Virus record (IMG/VR): IMGVR_UViG_3300036783_000240
Location: 1 to 28,868 of that record
Length of the DNA stretch: 28,868 nt
DNA from: a virus
Taxonomy: Duplodnaviria; Caudoviricetes
Strand: one strand, 5' to 3'
Made by a program: the position numbers and the translations under genes. The first letter of the stretch is position 1. Each line of letters begins with the position of its first letter. Below, one piece after another: positions 24,526-28,868 of this stretch. Under the pieces are notes generated by a model. It did not search any database, was not told the DNA's origin, and saw only the letters and a list, made by a program, of their open reading frames with translations.

Positions 24526-26697
24526 ATGTCAAGACGCAGATATCAGCGCCCGCGCCCACCAGCCCCCCGGCAGGGACAACCACAACCCAATAAACCAAAC
24601 AACAATCCAAACGAAAGGGTCCGTACTCAGGACAATTTCGTTAATTTTGCTGCTCGACTTGGATTAGGTGCGGCTAATCAATCGTCATTTGGTGGTTATG
24701 GTTTTAATCCAATAACCCGAAATCGAATGATGCTTGATAATGCCTATCGTGGTTCTTGGATATGCCGCATGGCGGTGAAGGCAATCGCGGAGGACATGAC
24801 TCGTGAAGGCATTACGCTGGGTTCTGATATGGACCCGGAACAACTTGATAAGATGTACACCGCGTTCAACAAAAAGTTTACCATCTGGGACAAACTCACC
24901 GAAGCAATCGGCTGGGGTAGATTATATGGAGGTGGCGGTGCTGTCATCCTGATTGACGGCCAGGATATGAGCAGACCGCTGCGCATTGATACTGTCACCA
25001 AAGGTCAATTCTGCGGTTTGATGCCAGTGGATCGCTGGATGATCGATCCGTCAGTGAATGATTTGGTGACCGATCTTAAGTCACTCGATCTGGGACTGCC
25101 AAAATACTATAACATCATTCATGATGCACCGATAGCGCCACGCGAGACGGTGCATCATTCCCGATTGATCCGGTTTGAAGGCGATGACCTTCCCTATTAT
25201 CAACGACTCTCGGAGAATATGTGGGGGTTGAGTGTATTAGAACCGGTGTTTGACCGAATCATGGCGTTTGATAGTGCCACCACCGGCACTGCGCAATTGG
25301 TGTACCGCGCGCATCTTCGTACTTATGGCATTAAAGGGCTCCGCGACATTATCAATAAGGGCGGCAAGATACTCGACGCGCTCTATGAACAAGTTGATAT
25401 GATGCGGATGTGGCAGAGTAATGAAGGCATTACTCTGATGGATAATGAAGATAAGTTTGAGTCTACGCAATATGCCTTTGGTGGGCTGGACTCGGTGCTC
25501 ATACAAATGGGACAGCAGATATCCGGAGCACTGCAAATTCCGTTAGTGCGGTTGTTTGGTCAGTCACCTGCCGGCTTGAATAGTACCGGTGAGTCTGATT
25601 TACGTATGTATTATGATGGTGTCAGGACACAACAAGAGCGCCGGCTTCGAACGCCATTGGAAAAGCTTATTCGCATTATCGCGAGAAGTGAAGAAGTCAA
25701 ACTACCGGATAACTTCAATTTCGAGTTTGTACCGTTATGGCAGTTGACTGCCGAGCAAAAGGCCGAGATTGCTGCGACTACGACACAGACCCTACTACAA
25801 GGTTTTGAGTCAGGCGCAGTGGATCGCAGTATTGTATTGAAGGAGATGCGTAAACAAAGTCAGGATACCGGAGTTTGGACTTCGATTACCGATGAAGATA
25901 TTGATGAAGCAGAAAAAGACCCGCCAATGCCACAACAGGGCATGATGGGTGGTGAAGGTCAAGGCCAAGGTCAAGGACGCGCGCCATCCTTTGGTAGTTT
26001 GACCGCACCAAAATTACCAGAGGCAAATGAAGGTGACAGTTTTCTTCCTGGCTCAAATGTGATCCCCCTACGCCCGTTAGCAGGATCGCAAAGAGCAGCC
26101 GGGGAGGACGAGGGGGCATCCGGCTTTACGGGCTTCTTGCCGGGTGCTCCTTCGGTTAATGAACGTGATAGTGCCGGCGCGCATTTGCATTTAGAAGGTC
26201 TTGAAGCGATTGACCCGACAATCAATGAACCATTGATTGATATCCGCCGTAAGAAAAAGCCGGTGCATGTTTATCTTGGTGACAAAGACCAAGAAGGTGA
26301 GGCAGTATTATATGCCGGGTTCCCGGTGATTGTCGAATTTAAGAAAGGTGAAGTCCGGGATGTTGGTTCGAGTGACGGCGCGGTCATGGCCGCAGATTAT
26401 GGCTACATCCCCGGAACTACCGGACATGACGGTGACTCCATCGATGTATTTCTCGGTCCCAATGAACGAAGTGAACGGGTCTTCGTTGTTAATCAACGCG
26501 ATCCCGATGATGGGGAATTTCACCAACACAAGGTATTCCTTGGTTTCGAGAAATCCAACGACGTAGTTGATTGCTTTAATGCATTCTACAATGATGGTCG
26601 TGGTGAAGACCGCCTGCACTCAGGCAATGAAATGACACTCGGTGAATTCAAGACTTGGTTGATGAACTACAAGGATCGCAGACGCAATAGGGCTTGA
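24526..26697 (+). CDS. portal protein (DUF1073-type) with a C-terminal inorganic pyrophosphatase-like domain
   Basis: YRGSWICR...AEDMTREG...WGRLYGG...HHSRL...WGLSVL...IPLVRLFGQSPAGLNSTGESD...YYD; C-terminus DYGYIPGTTGHDGDSIDVFLGP...HKVFLGF. Confidence 0.9.
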   Translation: MSRRRYQRPRPPAPRQGQPQPNKPNNNPNERVRTQDNFVNFAARLGLGAANQSSFGGYGFNPITRNRMMLDNAYRGSWICRMAVKAIAEDMTREGITLGSDMDPEQLDKMYTAFNKKFTIWDKLTEAIGWGRLYGGGGAVILIDGQDMSRPLRIDTVTKGQFCGLMPVDRWMIDPSVNDLVTDLKSLDLGLPKYYNIIHDAPIAPRETVHHSRLIRFEGDDLPYYQRLSENMWGLSVLEPVFDRIMAFDSATTGTAQLVYRAHLRTYGIKGLRDIINKGGKILDALYEQVDMMRMWQSNEGITLMDNEDKFESTQYAFGGLDSVLIQMGQQISGALQIPLVRLFGQSPAGLNSTGESDLRMYYDGVRTQQERRLRTPLEKLIRIIARSEEVKLPDNFNFEFVPLWQLTAEQKAEIAATTTQTLLQGFESGAVDRSIVLKEMRKQSQDTGVWTSITDEDIDEAEKDPPMPQQGMMGGEGQGQGQGRAPSFGSLTAPKLPEANEGDSFLPGSNVIPLRPLAGSQRAAGEDEGASGFTGFLPGAPSVNERDSAGAHLHLEGLEAIDPTINEPLIDIRRKKKPVHVYLGDKDQEGEAVLYAGFPVIVEFKKGEVRDVGSSDGAVMAADYGYIPGTTGHDGDSIDVFLGPNERSERVFVVNQRDPDDGEFHQHKVFLGFEKSNDVVDCFNAFYNDGRGEDRLHSGNEMTLGEFKTWLMNYKDRRRNRA

Positions 26698-26698
26698 A

Positions 26699-26953
26699 AT
26701 GGACTACAACACATTATGCTGGGCTGTCGAGTGGTCATCGATGCATATTAGCAAAGGTCGTAGGGATGAGCATATCCGAAGTTATGACCGGCGCTTTGAT
26801 ACTTGTTTTGAAGCCCTCAAATTCTACAACAAGAAGCTAGACAAGGGTTTATACTCGGCGCGAGTTATTCGTATTGCCCAAGATGGTAAGAAAACCGTGT
26901 TTGCGCATTACGACAGCTTCCCGGTCTATAATGGTATGCAAGCGACACTCTAA
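26699..26953 (+). CDS. hypothetical protein
   Basis: ORF track; starts 1 nt after the portal stop. Confidence 0.6.
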   Translation: MDYNTLCWAVEWSSMHISKGRRDEHIRSYDRRFDTCFEALKFYNKKLDKGLYSARVIRIAQDGKKTVFAHYDSFPVYNGMQATL

Positions 26954-26964
26954 GGGGAATAAGT

Positions 26965-27135
26965 ATGAATGTCGATCTGTCACAAGATGACATCAGACTG
27001 ATGCTTGAAAAGCTTGAAGGTGACAATGCCAAGCATCACAGTTTGATTGGTAAGCTGACTCGGGTGTTGATACCCGAAGCCTCTGACGATGAGATTGCCA
27101 AGAAATGGCAGGAGTGGCAGAAGCCTGACAAATGA
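26965..27135 (+). CDS. 56-aa hypothetical protein (MNVDLSQDDIRLMLEKL...)
   Basis: Below the track cutoff; AAGGGGA RBS; stop overlaps the next ATG. Confidence 0.6.
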   Translation: MNVDLSQDDIRLMLEKLEGDNAKHHSLIGKLTRVLIPEASDDEIAKKWQEWQKPDK

Positions 27136-27320
27136 GTGACACCGGGATTGACCTAGAGCGCCTGCGCGTGCCAAACTTGTCGGACAAAGACAAGGCGGTG
27201 GCTTTGGCGCTAATGGTTATCCGCAAGAAGAATGTCGGTATCGCCTTGTCAGTGACAGAGTCACTATTGATGTCGCGCGAGTTGTTGCGCGCGCTCCACC
27301 TCGATCACTTGGAGAAGTGA
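27132..27320 (+). CDS. hypothetical protein
   Basis: ORF track; ATGA overlap. Confidence 0.6.
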   Translation: MSDTGIDLERLRVPNLSDKDKAVALALMVIRKKNVGIALSVTESLLMSRELLRALHLDHLEK

Positions 27321-27324
27321 ACAA

Positions 27325-27513
27325 ATGGCCAGTGCTATGGAAGACCAACGCGAAACTACAAGGCGGATGATAACTTCAAGAGTATCGGCTGAAGTAATGG
27401 GCCGTTATGACGATCTGTGTGCTGGGATGCGGCCACTGCCAAAAAAGCCAATGCCAGAGCGTGTTGTTCCGGCATTCCCAATTCATGCTTACAACATCAT
27501 GAAGAATCGGTGA
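27325..27513 (+). CDS. hypothetical protein
   Basis: ORF track; GGAG upstream. Confidence 0.55.
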   Translation: MASAMEDQRETTRRMITSRVSAEVMGRYDDLCAGMRPLPKKPMPERVVPAFPIHAYNIMKNR

Positions 27514-27516
27514 TCC

Positions 27517-27813
27517 TTGAAGTACCTGTTGGTCGCATTGTCACTTGTTGTTGCGGTTCCGGCTTACGCTGCTGCTGATTATCGTTGTTATACCCAATAC
27601 AAAAGGCTACTACATACAAATCCTAATACCCTTTTGTACTCCATGAATTATGACCGATACATGAATGAATGTGCTGGTCAGGAGCGTGACCCGCGCCGTG
27701 GTGTCTATGGGCGCTGTTATGAATTGCGGAAGTCATGCTTGAATAAAGAACAACTTGGCGAACAAGGCGAAGGCAATTGCCGTCAGTATCGCCAAACCTG
27801 CCGAGGCCAATAA
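27517..27813 (+). CDS. secreted Cys-rich small protein
   Basis: Signal peptide MKYLLVALSLVVAVPAYA; the C-terminal CYELRKSCLNKEQLGEQGEGNCRQYRQTC motif is one I recall from small Rhizobiales proteins. Confidence 0.7.
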   Translation: MKYLLVALSLVVAVPAYAAADYRCYTQYKRLLHTNPNTLLYSMNYDRYMNECAGQERDPRRGVYGRCYELRKSCLNKEQLGEQGEGNCRQYRQTCRGQ

Positions 27814-28103
27814 TGGCAAAACATATTCATGTTCACGTACATGATAGTATGTGGACCTATAACGGGACATATGACCCGAAGGACGATGAGAAGTGGAAGC
27901 GTATCTGGAGTAAGTTAAGGCCGGTATCTGTTATTAGAGATGCTGCGCCAGTTGAATTAGACCCTGATTTGTTGGAGCTTGCTTTTAATAAGCCACAACA
28001 CATTGTGCAGGAGCTATATCAAATACAGGAGCAGCGTAATCAAAGTGGACGGCCTTCGCTGCGTCCTTTGTGGGAAGACACTTGTAGTTGTGGTAAGAAG
28101 TAA
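27813..28103 (+). CDS. hypothetical, possibly head-associated protein (MAKHIHVHVHD...)
   Basis: Start moved to ATG 27813 (TAATG overlap). Confidence 0.65.
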   Translation: MAKHIHVHVHDSMWTYNGTYDPKDDEKWKRIWSKLRPVSVIRDAAPVELDPDLLELAFNKPQHIVQELYQIQEQRNQSGRPSLRPLWEDTCSCGKK

Positions 28104-28297
28104 TGCCTAAGATGGCTGAACTCGATTATGTATTGGATAGGCTTTCTCCCTATTACACGCCGGATGAGACAAGGATTTGGCTGACTACGCCACAAGCTTT
28201 GTTGAACGGTGAAAAAGCCATCGACTTAATCAATAATGGAAGGACCGACGAAGTAATTAAAGTGATCGGTGATTTAGATCATGGGACGTATATTTGA
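28103..28297 (+). CDS. Xre/MbcA/ParS antitoxin C-terminal (toxin-binding) domain protein
   Basis: YTPDETRIWLTTPQALLNGEKAIDLI...DEVIKVIGDLDHGTYI matches the WLxxPxxxLxGxxPxxL...G(x)Y pattern. Confidence 0.8.
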   Translation: MPKMAELDYVLDRLSPYYTPDETRIWLTTPQALLNGEKAIDLINNGRTDEVIKVIGDLDHGTYI

Positions 28298-28329
28298 CTA
28301 TCCAGCTATATCAAACTTCTGACATAAGA

Positions 28330-28868
28330 ATGAGCGCACGCCAGAGGCGGCGTGAAGAGGCGCATTTTGAGAAAGTAAGACGCGCCGAGTTAGGTTATAT
28401 CACACAGATACGCAAAGTAGCTCGACAGGTTGGTGACTTAATCAAACATTATGATCCGTTTACCGAAGCGGTAATTGGCGAACTACAAGAAATCCTATTC
28501 CGTTATTCCCAAATCATTAGGCCATGGGCCGCATCCGCCGCTGCTAGGATGATTGCTGAGGTGGCGCGCCGCGATGAGACAGCTTGGGTTAGGCATAGTG
28601 GTGAAATCAGCCGTGGTCTGCGGCGCTTAATACAACAAGCTCCAATTGGTAAAGAAATAAAGAGGATAATTGCTGATCAGGTTCATCTTATTAGTGACAT
28701 TCCGATTGAGGCTGGCACTAAGATACAAGAGTATGCTCGCGAAGCGGTTATTACCGGACGTAGGTTCAAGTCTGTAGTCCCGGAGATACAAGATACCGTC
28801 GCCGGTATGACACTGAACCGGGCCAATCTAATTGGTCGTACCGAAGTGGCCAAGGCAAGTTCCGCTAT
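28330..28868 (+). CDS. head morphogenesis protein (SPP1 gp7 / Mu gpF family), 3'-truncated
   Basis: MSARQRRREEAHFEKVRRAELGY...QVHLISDIP...NRANLIGRTEVAKAS; open to the window end; an in-frame TTG at 28294 is an alternative start. Confidence 0.85.
   Translation, partial: MSARQRRREEAHFEKVRRAELGYITQIRKVARQVGDLIKHYDPFTEAVIGELQEILFRYSQIIRPWAASAAARMIAEVARRDETAWVRHSGEISRGLRRLIQQAPIGKEIKRIIADQVHLISDIPIEAGTKIQEYAREAVITGRRFKSVVPEIQDTVAGMTLNRANLIGRTEVAKASSA

Noticed and set aside
1-28868. tRNA, rRNA or IS elements
   Set aside because: I recognised no cloverleaf, rRNA segment or transposase motif by eye.

Overview
This 28.9-kb window is part of a tailed-phage or prophage genome. GcrA, an integrase-type N-terminal domain and a Rhizobiales-type secreted protein point to an alphaproteobacterial host. 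The left part (1-11.6 kb, mostly minus strand) holds early genes: two ParB/Srx-fold proteins, an LmbU-like protein, a GIY-YIG fusion, small Zn-finger proteins, an HTH replication initiator with an internal origin-like repeat, and GcrA. The right part (plus strand) holds an XRE regulator, a NusG-like antiterminator, a Pro/His-rich repeat protein, a 1365-aa polyvalent protein, TerS, TerL, a Fet4-type iron permease, a DUF1073-type portal fused to a pyrophosphatase-like domain, an orphan Xre/MbcA/ParS antitoxin domain and a truncated MuF head morphogenesis gene. The standout feature is two non-coding dual-repeat arrays with a 36-nt period (9-nt repeat GGCTCRCGC, 9-nt spacer, 9-nt repeat RGTTCTCGC, 9-nt spacer). 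One has about 49 units (9100-10904). The other has about 24 units (22323-23418) and is split by a small ORF. This is the architecture of TIGR (tandem interspaced guide RNA) arrays, but I recognise no Nop-domain Tas effector in the window. All product calls come from motif recognition by eye; no database searches were run.
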